From Dehalococcoidia bacterium (GTDB taxonomy: Bacteria; Chloroflexota; Dehalococcoidia; UBA2979): a DNA stretch of 64,000 nucleotides. Made by a program: the position numbers and the translations under genes. Shown in pieces: positions 1 through 9,977 of this stretch. Each line of letters opens with the position of its first letter. Within the stretch, counting starts at the first letter, position 1. The stretch covers positions 288,001 through 352,000 of the forward strand of contig CAXXDN010000001.1 of assembly GCA_963667465.2 (NCBI GenBank), given 5' to 3'. The notes below the pieces were generated by a model, which saw only the letters and a program-made list of their open reading frames with translations, was not told the origin of the DNA and ran no database searches.

Positions 1-197
1 TTGCCGCAGGAGTCGCCGGCCGTCGCCTGGTGGCTGGCCAGCCCGTCGATCTCATCGACGGCAAGGCCGGCGTCGGCGGCGGCCGTGACGATCGCCTGGC
101 AGGCCATCGAGAGCGTCGTGCGGCCGGACCAGCGGGAGTACTCCGTCTCGCCGACGCCGACGATGCAGTAGCGGTCGCGCAGGCCGGATCCCTCCAC
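1..197 (-). CDS. Thiolase-like/lipid-transfer protein, N-terminal part (runs off window)
   Basis: Manual translation from GTG197: VEGSGLRDRYCIVGVGETEYSRWSGRTTLSMACQAIVTAAADAGLAVDEIDGL, a typical SCP-x/Ltp thiolase N-terminus; not in ORF track. Confidence 0.75.
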   Translation of the reverse strand, partial: MEGSGLRDRYCIVGVGETEYSRWSGRTTLSMACQAIVTAAADAGLAVDEIDGLASHQATAGDSCG

Positions 198-227
198 CGC
201 CGCTGCCCTCCCCGTGCCCCGAGGGCG

Positions 228-1085
228 CTACGACGCCTCCGCGCTCCCCGCGACCGCGAGCGGGAGCACCTCGTTCATCGAGCCGGAGCGGAAACCCTCG
301 AGGTCCACGGCGACGTAGGCGAAGCCTGCGCTCTTCACGGCGGCGACGATCTGCGAGCGCAGCGGCTCGGCGAGCGCGCGCGCCAGCTCCTCGGCGCCGA
401 GCTCGACGCGCGCGACGCGGTCGTGGTGACGGACGCGCAGTTCGCGCAGGCCGAGCACGCGCAGCGCCAGCTCCGCCTCGGCGATCTGGCGCAGCTTCTC
501 GGGCGTGACCGCGCTGCCGTAGGGGATGCGCGAGGCGAGGCAGGCCATGGCCGGCTTGTCCCAGGTGGGCACGCCGAGCCGCTTCGCCAGCGCGCGCACG
601 TCGCCCTTCGTGAAGCCGGCCTCGGCGAGCGGGCTACGTACACCATGCGCGCGAGCGGCGCGGCGGCCGGGCCGGAAGTCGCCGCTGTCGTCGGCGTTCG
701 CGCCGTCGAGGACCACGGCGTCTCCGAGGTCCTCGCGAGCCAGCGCGTCGAGCAGCGAGTAGAGCTCGTCCTTGCACTCGAAGCAGCGCTCCGGCGAGTT
801 CTCGACGTAGCCGGGGCGGTCGATCTCGTTCGTGTCGATCTCGCGGTGCGCGATGCCGATCGCGGCCGCGACGCGGCGCGCCTCCTCGCGCTCGCTCGGG
901 GCAAGCGAGTGCGAGACGCCGGTTACGGCAAGCGCGCGATCGCCCAGCGCCTCGACGGCAGCTGCGGCGAGCAGGCTGGAGTCGACGCCGCCGGAGAAGG
1001 CAATCACGGCGCGCGGCAGCTCCGCGAGCAGGCGGCGCAACTCGGCCGCCCGGGCATCGAGGTCGCGTGCGTTCTGATCGTCCAT
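228..1085 (-). CDS. larE: ATP-dependent sulfur transferase LarE (nickel-pincer cofactor biosynthesis)
   Basis: PP-loop AFSGGVDS, CFECK, DxRPG, WDKPAMACLASRIPYG, GFRSGSMN. Confidence 0.92.
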   Translation of the reverse strand: MDDQNARDLDARAAELRRLLAELPRAVIAFSGGVDSSLLAAAAVEALGDRALAVTGVSHSLAPSEREEARRVAAAIGIAHREIDTNEIDRPGYVENSPERCFECKDELYSLLDALAREDLGDAVVLDGANADDSGDFRPGRRAARAHGVRSPLAEAGFTKGDVRALAKRLGVPTWDKPAMACLASRIPYGSAVTPEKLRQIAEAELALRVLGLRELRVRHHDRVARVELGAEELARALAEPLRSQIVAAVKSAGFAYVAVDLEGFRSGSMNEVLPLAVAGSAEAS

Positions 1086-1215
1086 CGCTCATCCTCGCGC
1101 GGCGGCGGGGTCCGCCGTGGGCCGCCGCCGCTGTAGTCTAGCGCAGTGGCGGCTGACGGCCCCGCGCCCCGGGCGCGGGTGCGCGCGGTACGCCGCCGAG
1201 GGGTGGGGGTGCGAT

Positions 1216-2037
1216 CTGGTCGAGGACAGCACACGTTCGGCGGCACAGTCGGGTGCGCAGCCGGGGACAGAGCTGGATGCGCTGCTGGAGCGGGTCGCGC
1301 GGGGTGAAGTGAGCCCGGGCGACGCCGCCGACCGGCTGCGCGCGCTGCCCGTCGAGGACCTCGGCTTCGCCCGCCTCGATCACCATCGCGCAATCCGCGA
1401 CGCCCTCCCGGAGGTGGTGCTCGCCGAGGGCAAGACCACGCAGCAGGCCGTCGCCGCGGGCTGCGCAATCCTCGAGCGCGCCGGCTGCCTGCTCGTCACC
1501 CGTGCCTCCGAGGAGATCGCGCAAGCCCTCGAGGCCGCGATCCCGGACCTGCGCCGCCACCCGCCCTCGACGGCGCTGAGCGTGGACCGCCGGCCGCCGC
1601 GCACCCCGCGCAGTGGCGTCGTCATCGCCAGCGGCGGCACCGCCGACCTCGCCGTGGTCGAGGAGGCGGCGGCGACGTGCGCGCTGATGGGCCACGCGGT
1701 GGAGCGGATCGTCGATGTCGGCGTGGCGGGCATCCACCGCGTGCTCGCGGAGACGGAGGCGCTGCGCGGGGCGAACGTGATCGTCGTCGTCGCGGGCATG
1801 GACGGTGCGCTGCCGAGCGTCGTCGCCGGCCTCACCGCCACGCCGGTGATCGCCGTGCCGACGAGCAACGGCTACGGCGCGGCCTTCGAGGGCCTCGCGC
1901 CGCTGCTGACGATGCTCAACGCCTGCGCGACGGGCGTCTCCGTGGTCAACATCGACAACGGCTTCGGCGCGGGCTACATCGCCGCGCTGATCAACGAGCA
2001 GGCGTGGTCCGGGCCGCCGGACCCCGCCTCCGGGTAG
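1216..2037 (+). CDS. larB: Nickel-pincer cofactor biosynthesis protein LarB (start uncertain; ORF open from 1117)
   Basis: DLGFARLDHHR, EGKT, GTADL, DVGVAGIHR, AGMDGALPSVVAG, PTSNGYGA, NIDNGFGA. Confidence 0.92.
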   Translation: MVEDSTRSAAQSGAQPGTELDALLERVARGEVSPGDAADRLRALPVEDLGFARLDHHRAIRDALPEVVLAEGKTTQQAVAAGCAILERAGCLLVTRASEEIAQALEAAIPDLRRHPPSTALSVDRRPPRTPRSGVVIASGGTADLAVVEEAAATCALMGHAVERIVDVGVAGIHRVLAETEALRGANVIVVVAGMDGALPSVVAGLTATPVIAVPTSNGYGAAFEGLAPLLTMLNACATGVSVVNIDNGFGAGYIAALINEQAWSGPPDPASG

Positions 2038-2050
2038 CGGACGGCCGACG

Positions 2051-3244
2051 ATGCGGGTCGCCTACGTCGATGCGCGCTTCGGGGCGGCGGGCGACATGCT
2101 GCTCGGCGCCGCCCTCGATGCGGGCGCAGACCTCGAGCCCGTGCGCGAGGCGCTGGACGCCCTGCCGGTCGGGGGCTGGTCGCTCGACGTGCACGCCGTG
2201 CGCCGCGCGGGCTTCGCGGCGACGAAGGCGGACGTCTCCGTCGAGACGCCGCAGCCACCGCGCACCGCGAGCGAGATCGTCACGATGATCGAGGCCGCCG
2301 CACTGCCCCCGCGAGTGCGCGAGCGCGCCGTCGCCACCTTCGAGCTGCTCGGCAGCGCCGAGCGCGCCGTGCACGGCATGCCCGAGGAAGAGGACGCGCA
2401 CCTCCACGAGGTGGGCGGCGTCGACGCGATCGTGGACGTGGTCGGCACGTTCGCCGCCCTCGAGACGCTCGGCGTCGAGCGGATCTGCGCAAGCGGCCTG
2501 CCCGCGGGCGGCGGCACGGCGCGGGCCGCGCACGGCCGCCTGCCGGTCCCCGCGCCCGCGGTGCTGGAGCTGGCCGCGCGCAGCGGCGCGACGCTGCTGG
2601 AGGCGCAGCCGGGCGAGCCGCCCTCCGAGCTGGTCACACCGACGGCGATGGCAATCCTCGGCGCGGTCGCGGAGTTCGAGCGGCCCGCGCTGCGCCTTGA
2701 GCGCATCGGCCTCGGCGCCGGGACTCGCGACCCCGAGGGCTGGCCGAACGTCGTGCGGCTCTGGATCGGCGAGGCGGAGGCGAGCGCGACGAGCCGTGGC
2801 CTGCGCCCGATCGCGCTGCTGGAGACCAACGTCGACGACATGCCGGGCGAGCACCTCCCGTTCCTCGAGGCGCGGCTGCGTGAGGCGGGCGCGCTCGATG
2901 TCTGGTGGACGGCGGTGCAGATGAAGAAGGGGCGGCCCGGCCTGCAGATCACGGCGGTCGCCGCGCGCGAGGACGCGGACGCCGTCGCTGCCTCGCTGCT
3001 GGAGCACTCGCCGACACTCGGGGTGCGCGCGACGGAGCTGCTGCGCTACGAGGCGGAGCGCGAGGTGTTCGAGTTTGAGAGCTCGCTCGGTCCGGCCGCG
3101 GTGAAGGTCAAGCGCCTGCCCGGCGAGCCGCCCCGCGCGGCCCCGGAGTACGAGAGCGCACGCGCCCTCGCCGAGCGCAGCGGCCTCCCAATCGCCGCGG
3201 TCTACGCGCTGCTGACGCAGGAAGCCCTCGCGCAGCTCCCATAG
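2051..3244 (+). CDS. larC: Nickel insertion protein LarC (single ORF)
   Basis: GAAGDMLLGA, HLHEVGGVDAIVD, ELVTPT, ETNVDD, MKKGRPG, PEYE. Confidence 0.92.
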   Translation: MRVAYVDARFGAAGDMLLGAALDAGADLEPVREALDALPVGGWSLDVHAVRRAGFAATKADVSVETPQPPRTASEIVTMIEAAALPPRVRERAVATFELLGSAERAVHGMPEEEDAHLHEVGGVDAIVDVVGTFAALETLGVERICASGLPAGGGTARAAHGRLPVPAPAVLELAARSGATLLEAQPGEPPSELVTPTAMAILGAVAEFERPALRLERIGLGAGTRDPEGWPNVVRLWIGEAEASATSRGLRPIALLETNVDDMPGEHLPFLEARLREAGALDVWWTAVQMKKGRPGLQITAVAAREDADAVAASLLEHSPTLGVRATELLRYEAEREVFEFESSLGPAAVKVKRLPGEPPRAAPEYESARALAERSGLPIAAVYALLTQEALAQLP

Positions 3245-3257
3245 CCCGGCCGCACCA

Positions 3258-4085
3258 TCAGTAGAGGCGCTGCGCCTCGGCCTCCAGCGCGCGCTGCTCA
3301 GCGGCCTCCAGCGGTTCGTACGAGGTGGCCGTGGCTACGTTCTCCTCGATGCGCGCGGGGTAGCGCGCGCCGGGGATGGCAACCGAGACGCCGGGCTGCG
3401 AGAAGACGTAGCGCAGCAGGTTGGGCGGTGTCAGCGGGCCGGCGTAGCCCTCGGCGATGCGGCCGCGCATCACGCTCGTGCGGCCGGAGCCGCCGAGCGG
3501 GCGCATCACGATCACCCCCACGTCGTGCTCGCGCGCCAGCTCGACCAGCGGCGCGGTCTCCGTGAAGAACGCCGAGTACTCGAGCATCACCGTCGCGAAC
3601 TCGCCACTCTCGATCGCCAGCTTCAGCACCTCGAGGCTGTGCGAGGAGATCCCGATGTGCTCGACCAGCCCGCGGTACCGGGCGATCTGCAGGCCTTCGA
3701 GCGCGCCGTCCTCGCCGGTCGCCTCCTCCCACGCTTCGAGCGAGGAGATGTCGTGCAACTGGTAGAGGCTGATCCGCTCCACGCCGAGGGTGCTGAGCGA
3801 GCGGTCGACGTCGTGCTGGCTGCCGTTGATCGAGTGGCTGAACGTCTTGCTGGCGATGTGGAAGGCTGGCCGGCCGGCCTCGGCGCGGGCGCGCACCGCC
3901 TGCCCGATCATGAACTCGCTGCCCGCGTACTCCCGCGCCGTGTCGACGAAGTCGATGCCGAGGTCGAGCGCGCGCTCCAGCGTCTGCGGCCCCTCGCGCG
4001 CCGTCGGCGTGTCCATCGCGCCGAGGCCCAACTCGGTGACCATCAGCCCGGTCCGGCCCAGCCGCCGCCGCCCCAGCTCTGCCAT
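3258..4085 (-). CDS. Aldo/keto reductase
   Basis: RRLGRTGLMVTELGLG, DTAREY, IASK, LYQLH, IGISSH. Confidence 0.9.
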   Translation of the reverse strand: MAELGRRRLGRTGLMVTELGLGAMDTPTAREGPQTLERALDLGIDFVDTAREYAGSEFMIGQAVRARAEAGRPAFHIASKTFSHSINGSQHDVDRSLSTLGVERISLYQLHDISSLEAWEEATGEDGALEGLQIARYRGLVEHIGISSHSLEVLKLAIESGEFATVMLEYSAFFTETAPLVELAREHDVGVIVMRPLGGSGRTSVMRGRIAEGYAGPLTPPNLLRYVFSQPGVSVAIPGARYPARIEENVATATSYEPLEAAEQRALEAEAQRLY

Positions 4086-4118
4086 GCAGTCAGCCCTGCG
4101 TACCCACGCCCGAGGCAG

Positions 4119-4505
4119 CTAGCCGCCCTCGCCCCGTAGCTGCTCGAAGTCGAAGTCCTCGGGCATCGGGACGACGATGGAGCGGCGAGGCACCTCGACG
4201 GTGCGGGCGATGTGGCCCCTGCCGGTGGTGTCGTCGGCGAAGAAGACGTCACCGACGCCGAAGCTGCGCTTCGACCCGTCGCCGCACTCGATCTCTGCGC
4301 TGCCGGAGACGGTGATCACCCACTGACGGTGCGGCGCGGGGTGGTAGTCGGTCTCGAAGGCCTGCGTCGACTCGTGGAGGCTGATCTGACCGGCGTCGAG
4401 CAGCGGCGTGCGCACGCCGCGCCCGACATCGAGGGCGAACGCAACCTCGATGTCCTCGAAGTGGGACTCCCCGTCGTCGCCGGTGTAGATGCGGGTGATT
4501 CGCAT
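4119..4505 (-). CDS. Small cupin-fold protein (paralog 1)
   Basis: RIYTGDDGESHFED, HPAPHRQ, GDVFFADDTTGRGH. Confidence 0.8.
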   Translation of the reverse strand: MRITRIYTGDDGESHFEDIEVAFALDVGRGVRTPLLDAGQISLHESTQAFETDYHPAPHRQWVITVSGSAEIECGDGSKRSFGVGDVFFADDTTGRGHIARTVEVPRRSIVVPMPEDFDFEQLRGEGG

Positions 4506-4611
4506 GAGTCGCTCCCTCGCGCGGCGGCGATGCTAGCAGGCGACCGCTGCGCCGGCCGCGCCGGAGTAAGGTAGCCGCGAGCAGCAGCGGGCGATCAGCG
4601 AGGAGGGCGCG

Positions 4612-5385
4612 ATGGGCTTCATGATGGACGGCATCCGCATGGACGGCCGCGTCGCCGTCGTGACCGGCGCGGGCAGCGGCATCGGCCGCGCGATCGCGAT
4701 CGGCATGGCCGACGTCGGCGCGCGCGTCGCGATCGGCGAGATCAACCCGGAGACCGGCCAGGAGACCGCCGACCTGATCGCCGAGGCCGGCGGCGAGGCG
4801 ATCTCGATCCCGACCGACGTGCGCGACCCGGACTCGCTGCGCGCCCTCGTCAGCGGCGCGCGCGAGCACTTCGGACGCCTCGACGCGATGTTCAACAACG
4901 CCGGCGGCAACTTCCAGGCGCCGACCCTCGATGTCTCCGAGCGCGGCTTCGACGCGGTCGCGCGCATGAACGTGCGCGCCGCCTTCATCGGCAGCCAGGC
5001 CGCGGCGCGCGTGATGATCGAGGACGGCCACGGCGGCAGCATCGTCAGCACCGCCTCGAGCGCCGCCTACCACGCGACGGGGCAGGGCATCGCCGCCTAC
5101 TCCGCAGCAAAGGCGGGAGTCCTCGGACTCACTCGAGAGCTGGCCGCCGAGTGGGGGACGCAGGGCATCCGCGTGAACGCGATCGCGCCCGGTGGCGTGG
5201 ACAGCCCGGGCCGCCACAGAAACATCGCGCGACGCGAGGACGACATCGCCGCGAACTACGGGCTGCTGAAGCGCCTCGGCTCGCCCGAAAACTTCGCGGC
5301 GGGGGCCATCTTCCTCGCCTCGGACCTGGCAGCCCACATCACGGGCCACACGATCCACATCGACGCGGGGACCGGCATCTCGTAG
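4612..5385 (+). CDS. SDR family oxidoreductase
   Basis: TGAGSGIG, NNAG, YSAAK, NAIAPG. Confidence 0.92.
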   Translation: MGFMMDGIRMDGRVAVVTGAGSGIGRAIAIGMADVGARVAIGEINPETGQETADLIAEAGGEAISIPTDVRDPDSLRALVSGAREHFGRLDAMFNNAGGNFQAPTLDVSERGFDAVARMNVRAAFIGSQAAARVMIEDGHGGSIVSTASSAAYHATGQGIAAYSAAKAGVLGLTRELAAEWGTQGIRVNAIAPGGVDSPGRHRNIARREDDIAANYGLLKRLGSPENFAAGAIFLASDLAAHITGHTIHIDAGTGIS

Positions 5386-5389
5386 CGGG

Positions 5390-5917
5390 CTACGCCTCCG
5401 CTTCGAGGCGTGCGAGGGCGATGCGGCGGGCGCTGTTGTCGGCGGGCTCGGCGCGCACCTCGATACGCTCGGTCCACTTGATGCTGGTGAAGCACTCGCC
5501 GCCCGGCACTACGAGCCGGGCGGGCCCGCCGTGCTCGGCGGGCAGCGGCGCATCGTTCACCTCGAGGGCGAGCAGCGCCGTCCGCGCCTCCGCGATCGGC
5601 AGCGGGAGGCTGAAGTCGGCGGCGCTGAGTTGCACCCATGCGGCCTCGCGCGGAGCGGCTGCCCGATCGAGCAGGTCGGCGACGGCGACGCCGCGCCAGC
5701 GCAAACCCGGCACCGTCCAGCCCTCGAGGCAACCGAAGTCGTCGACCAGCAGCTGCTGCGGCATCGCGGCGAGGTCGCCGAGGTCGAGGTCGAGCGGCGT
5801 GTCGACGAGGCCGTCGACGCGCAGCCTCCAGAGCGCAGGGTCGGGACCGTCGCCGGGGTGCACCGGGAGCGCGTCGAGGACGTGCAGTCCGCCATCGCTG
5901 GTTCGCTGATCGGGCAT
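5390..5917 (-). CDS. Molybdopterin-dependent oxidoreductase domain protein (sulfite oxidase/MsrP-like)
   Basis: WRLRVDGLV, DFGCLEGW, WRGV, PLPAEHGGPARLVVP, SIKW. Confidence 0.85.
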   Translation of the reverse strand: MPDQRTSDGGLHVLDALPVHPGDGPDPALWRLRVDGLVDTPLDLDLGDLAAMPQQLLVDDFGCLEGWTVPGLRWRGVAVADLLDRAAAPREAAWVQLSAADFSLPLPIAEARTALLALEVNDAPLPAEHGGPARLVVPGGECFTSIKWTERIEVRAEPADNSARRIALARLEAEA

Positions 5918-5948
5918 TGCTGCTCCTCCGAGGTTCGGACCGCCCCCT

Positions 5949-6917
5949 CTAGTATCCGGCCTGCTTGTCGATCAGGCCCTCGATCGGCTCGCCGGTGCGC
6001 AGCCGCCAGAGGTTGCCGCAAAAGCGGTCGATGTTCCGAGGCGCGCGCAGCTGGCTGGCCCCCGCCGCGTGCGGTGTCATCACCACGTCGTCGCGCTGCC
6101 ACAGCGGGTGGTCCTCGGGCAGCGGCTCGATCGGCACCACGTCGAGGCCAGCGCCGGCGAGCTGCCCGGAGTCGAGCGCCTCGATCAGGGCGTCTGCATC
6201 GATGATCTCGCCGCGCGTGACGTTGACGATCATGGAGCCGCGCGGCATCCGCCCGAACGCCTCGCGGTCGAACAGGCCGTCGGTCTCCGGAGTCAGCGGG
6301 CAACAGACCGCCACCACGTCCGAGGCCTCGAGCAGCTCGTTGAAGCGATCCATCGCCCAGACTGCCTCGACGTGGTCGTCGCCCTCGAGGGCATCGCGAT
6401 CGACGGCGATGCTGCGCATCCCGAAGCCGGTCGCACGCTGCGCGACCGCCCGGCCGGTGCCCCCGTAGCCGACGATGCCCAGCACCTTGCCGGTGAGCTC
6501 GGTCTCCTGCATGCGCAGCGCTCGGCGCTGGTCCCACGCCTCGGGGCCGAGCCGGATCGCCGAGGCGACCTTGCGCGTGAGGGCGAGCAGCAGCGCGAAG
6601 GCGTGGTCGGCGAGTTGCGGTCCGACCTGCCCCTTCTCGCTCGACAGCATGACCTCACCGTCGCGGAACGCGGGGTAGAGGTAACGGTTCACCCCGGAGG
6701 CGATGGCGTGCACCCAGCGCAGGTTCGGCGCGGCCGCGTACAGCTGTGGCGTCACGAAGCCGAGGACCACGTCCGTCTCCGCCGCGAATTCCAGCGCCTC
6801 GCCGTCCGAGTCGACGACCGTGACTTCCGAGTCCGGCCCGGCCGCCTCCATGATCCGCTCGATGATGTCGTCCGGCACCTCGGGCAGGGCCGTACCCGTG
6901 ATGATGAGGATGTTCAT
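5949..6917 (-). CDS. D-2-hydroxyacid dehydrogenase family
   Basis: Start re-called at MNILII; GIVGYGGTG, CPLTPET, NVTRG, LDV..EPL, TPHAAG. Confidence 0.9.
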   Translation of the reverse strand: MNILIITGTALPEVPDDIIERIMEAAGPDSEVTVVDSDGEALEFAAETDVVLGFVTPQLYAAAPNLRWVHAIASGVNRYLYPAFRDGEVMLSSEKGQVGPQLADHAFALLLALTRKVASAIRLGPEAWDQRRALRMQETELTGKVLGIVGYGGTGRAVAQRATGFGMRSIAVDRDALEGDDHVEAVWAMDRFNELLEASDVVAVCCPLTPETDGLFDREAFGRMPRGSMIVNVTRGEIIDADALIEALDSGQLAGAGLDVVPIEPLPEDHPLWQRDDVVMTPHAAGASQLRAPRNIDRFCGNLWRLRTGEPIEGLIDKQAGY

Positions 6918-6976
6918 GGTCCGCCCCCAATCGGCAGGGCGGAGCCTACTCCCCTCGAGGGCGGCGTGGCGCGGCC

Positions 6977-8059
6977 TCAGTCGAACAGCAGGATCGTGCG
7001 CGCGCCGACGTGGGCGCGCTGATCCGCGAAGGCCTGGTCCAGGTCCTCGAGCCGTCCGCGGCGGGTCACCAGCTCGTCGAGCTTGAGCTGGCCCTGGCGG
7101 TAGAGCTCGAGGTAGCGCGGGATGTCGACGCGCGCGCGGGTGCGGCCCATGAACACGCCCTGGATGCGCCGGTCCTGGATGAGCAGGTTGGGCGGCAGCT
7201 CCAGCGGCGCGGTGATGCCCGCCCCGATGATCGAGGCCGTGCCACCGGCACGGGTGCAGGCGAAGGCCTGCTCGGCGGTCGCCTTCAGCCCGATCGCCTC
7301 GAAGGAGTAGTGCACGCCGCGCCCCTCGGTCAGGTCGCGGATCGCCTCGACGGGATCCTCGACCTCGGAGGCGTTCACCGTGTCGGTGGCGCCGAGCAGG
7401 CGCGCTCGCTCCAGCTTCTCCTCCGTGAGGTCGACGGCGATGATGCGGCTCGCGCCGGCGATGCGCGCGCCCTGGACCGCCGAGAGCCCAACGCCGCCGA
7501 GGCCGAAGACGGCCGCGGTCGTACCCGGCTTCAGCTCGGCGGAACGGAAGACCGCGCCGAGCCCGGTGATCACCCCGCAACTGACGAGGCAGGCTGTATC
7601 CAGCGGTACGTCGTCCGGCAGCTTCACGACCCCGGCGTCCGGCGCGAGCATGTACTCGGCGAAGCTGCCGACGTTCGTGAGCGCCAGCACGCCCTCGCCG
7701 TTGAGGGTGATGCGAGGGCGCTCGTGCCGCCTTCGCCGCGGACGGTCGAGACAGCGATGCGGGTTGTCGCTCAGGCACTCCTCGCACTGACCACAGAAGA
7801 CGACGCCCGTGACGATCACGCGGTCGCCCGGCTGCACGTAGGTCACGTCCGAGCCGACCGCCTCGACGACGCCCGAGCCCTCGTGGCCGAGGATGCCCGG
7901 CGTCGGCCACTGGCCGATGCCGTCGACGAACATGAGGTCGCTGTGGCAGACCCCGCTGGCGGCGGTGCGGACCAGCACCTCGCGCGGCCACGGGTCGTCG
8001 ACCTCGACCTCCTCGATCGGCATCGGCTGGTTGGCGCCGTAGTAGATCGCGGCCCTCAT
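6977..8059 (-). CDS. Zn-dependent alcohol dehydrogenase
   Basis: GVCHSD, GHEGSG, CGQCEEC, GLGGVG. Confidence 0.92.
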   Translation of the reverse strand: MRAAIYYGANQPMPIEEVEVDDPWPREVLVRTAASGVCHSDLMFVDGIGQWPTPGILGHEGSGVVEAVGSDVTYVQPGDRVIVTGVVFCGQCEECLSDNPHRCLDRPRRRRHERPRITLNGEGVLALTNVGSFAEYMLAPDAGVVKLPDDVPLDTACLVSCGVITGLGAVFRSAELKPGTTAAVFGLGGVGLSAVQGARIAGASRIIAVDLTEEKLERARLLGATDTVNASEVEDPVEAIRDLTEGRGVHYSFEAIGLKATAEQAFACTRAGGTASIIGAGITAPLELPPNLLIQDRRIQGVFMGRTRARVDIPRYLELYRQGQLKLDELVTRRGRLEDLDQAFADQRAHVGARTILLFD

Positions 8060-8124
8060 GGTGACTCCCCTCAGCGCCGGGTTTCGCGAAGCATAGCCGT
8101 CAAGGTGAAGTGAGGCTCGATACG

Positions 8125-8147
8125 ATCACATGCGTGGCACATGTGAT
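8125..8147. promoter_or_regulatory. Inverted repeat, likely TA operator
   Basis: ATCACATG-N7-CATGTGAT just upstream of the antitoxin ATG. Confidence 0.6.
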
Positions 8148-8159
8148 ACGCTCATGCAC

Positions 8160-8390
8160 ATGCCGAAGATGATTCAGATTCGGAACGTTCCCGACGAGCT
8201 TCACCGCGAGGCGAAGGGGCGTGCCGCGCGCGCCGGGATGAGCCTCTCCGGCTACCTCCTGCGCGAACTGGAGCGGACCCTGTCGGAGCCGACGATGGAG
8301 GAACTGCTGGCGCGGATCGCCGCGCGGAAGCAGCCTCGGTTGTCCGAGACGTCGGCCGAGGCGGTGAGGGCGATCCGCGACAAGCGGTGA
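8160..8390 (+). CDS. FitA-like ribbon-helix-helix antitoxin (VapB)
   Basis: MPKMIQIRNVPDELHREAKGRAARAGMSLSGYL; GTGA overlap with PIN gene. Confidence 0.85.
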   Translation: MPKMIQIRNVPDELHREAKGRAARAGMSLSGYLLRELERTLSEPTMEELLARIAARKQPRLSETSAEAVRAIRDKR

Positions 8391-8803
8391 TCGTCGCCGA
8401 CGCCTCGGTCATTGTGGACGTGCTGCTCTATCCCGACAGCGCGGCAGCACACGCGCTTGCCCGGCGATTCGCCCGCCGGGAGGCGATCTGTGCTCCTCAC
8501 CTCATGGATGTCGAGGTTGGCCAGACCTTGCGCCGCTTCACGTTGAGGGGCGAAATCTCCGCTGTCCGGGCCGTGGAATCCTTCGATGATCTGGCAGGAC
8601 TGTCGATTCGCCGCTACGCACACACGGAACTCTTGGCGAGGGCCTTCGAGCTGCGATCGAACGTAACCGTGTACGACGGCATCTACCTGGCGCTCGCCGA
8701 GATCCTCAATGTGCCGCTGCTCTCATGCGACGCCGCCCTGGCGGACGTGCCCGGCTGCGCCGCCACGGTCGAGATCCTCCCGGTCGGCGTCGCGACGGAC
8801 TGA
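8387..8803 (+). CDS. vapC: VapC PIN-domain toxin
   Basis: IVADAS, APHLMDVEV, TVYDGIYLALAE, LLSCD. Confidence 0.88.
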   Translation: MIVADASVIVDVLLYPDSAAAHALARRFARREAICAPHLMDVEVGQTLRRFTLRGEISAVRAVESFDDLAGLSIRRYAHTELLARAFELRSNVTVYDGIYLALAEILNVPLLSCDAALADVPGCAATVEILPVGVATD

Positions 8804-8837
8804 ACGACACGACAGCGGGGCAGCTCCCCGCCAAGGT

Positions 8838-9977
8838 CTACGCGCCCGCCTCGAGGCTGGCGTACGCGGCCTCGATGAGGCTGCTGGCGCGCACGTCGCC
8901 CGGTCCGCGGATGCGGTTCATGACGTAGGCGAAGCCAAGCCCCGCCGCCGGGTCGGCGAAGGCCTGCGAGCCGCCGACGCCGGAGTGTCCGAAGGCCGTC
9001 TCCGGACGCGGGTCGCCCAGCGCCGGCGAGGGCAGCTGGAAGCCGAGGGCGTAGCGGTTCTCGACGCCGATCGTGGCGTCCGTCCCCTCGCTCTGGAGCG
9101 TGCGGGCCGCCTCGATCGCCTCGCCGCTGATCAGGCGCACGCCGTCCAACTCGCCACCTGCGGCGAGCGCGCCGTAGAAGCGGGCGAGACCGCGCGCGTC
9201 GCTGTGCGCGTTGCCGGCCGGGATCTCGGCCTCGCGCCACTCGGTCGTGTTCGCCGTCTCGAAGGTCCACGGAGGGTTGTTGTGCGCCATCGCGATGATC
9301 GAGGTCACGTCCGGCTCGGGCAGCGGGCTGCGGCTGGGCGGGACGACATCGGCGGCGCGCCCTTGTTCGGAGGCGGAGAGCCCGATGTGGAAGTCGATGC
9401 CGAGCGGTTCCGCGATCTCCTCGCGGATGAAGGCGCCGGGCCCGCGGCCGCTCACGCGCCGCACGATCTCGCCGATGATCCAGCCGTAGGTCCAGACGTG
9501 GTAGCCGTGACGGGCGCCGGGCTCCCACCACGGCTCCGCCTCGGCCAGCGCCGTGGTCATCGTCTCCCAGTCGTACTTCGCCACCTCCGGCAGCAGTCGC
9601 CGCGCGCCAACCACGCCGGAGCGGTGCCCCAGCACGTGGCGTACCGTGACGCCCTCCTTGCCGCCCTGCGCGAACTCCGGCCAGTAGCTGGCCACGGGCG
9701 CCTCGATGTCCACGAGCCCGCGGTCGGCGAGCATGTGCAAGGCGAGCGAGAGCACGCCCTTCCCGGTCGAGTAGAGGTTGACGATCGTGTCGCGCTCCCA
9801 GGCGCGCGTCCCGGCGGCGTCGGCAGTGCCCGCCCAGAGATCGACGACCGGATCGCCGTCGATGGTGACGGCAACGGCAGCCCCGATGTCGCCGCGCTCG
9901 CTGAAGTTCTCCTCGAACGCCTCGCGCACGCTCGCGAAGCGCGAATCGCAATCGCCGTGAATCTCGAGCTCGGACAT
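8838..9977 (-). CDS. Serine hydrolase, beta-lactamase/EstB family
   Basis: Start re-called at MSELEIHG; YSTGK (SxxK), WEPG..HGYH, FGHSGVGG. Confidence 0.9.
   Translation of the reverse strand: MSELEIHGDCDSRFASVREAFEENFSERGDIGAAVAVTIDGDPVVDLWAGTADAAGTRAWERDTIVNLYSTGKGVLSLALHMLADRGLVDIEAPVASYWPEFAQGGKEGVTVRHVLGHRSGVVGARRLLPEVAKYDWETMTTALAEAEPWWEPGARHGYHVWTYGWIIGEIVRRVSGRGPGAFIREEIAEPLGIDFHIGLSASEQGRAADVVPPSRSPLPEPDVTSIIAMAHNNPPWTFETANTTEWREAEIPAGNAHSDARGLARFYGALAAGGELDGVRLISGEAIEAARTLQSEGTDATIGVENRYALGFQLPSPALGDPRPETAFGHSGVGGSQAFADPAAGLGFAYVMNRIRGPGDVRASSLIEAAYASLEAGA

Noticed and set aside
5949-7991. 680-aa ORF suggesting an ADH-hydroxyacid dehydrogenase fusion or frameshift
   Set aside because: The ADH has its own stop at 6977 and the second gene its own ATG at 6917; stop-poor GC-rich frames explain the long ORF.
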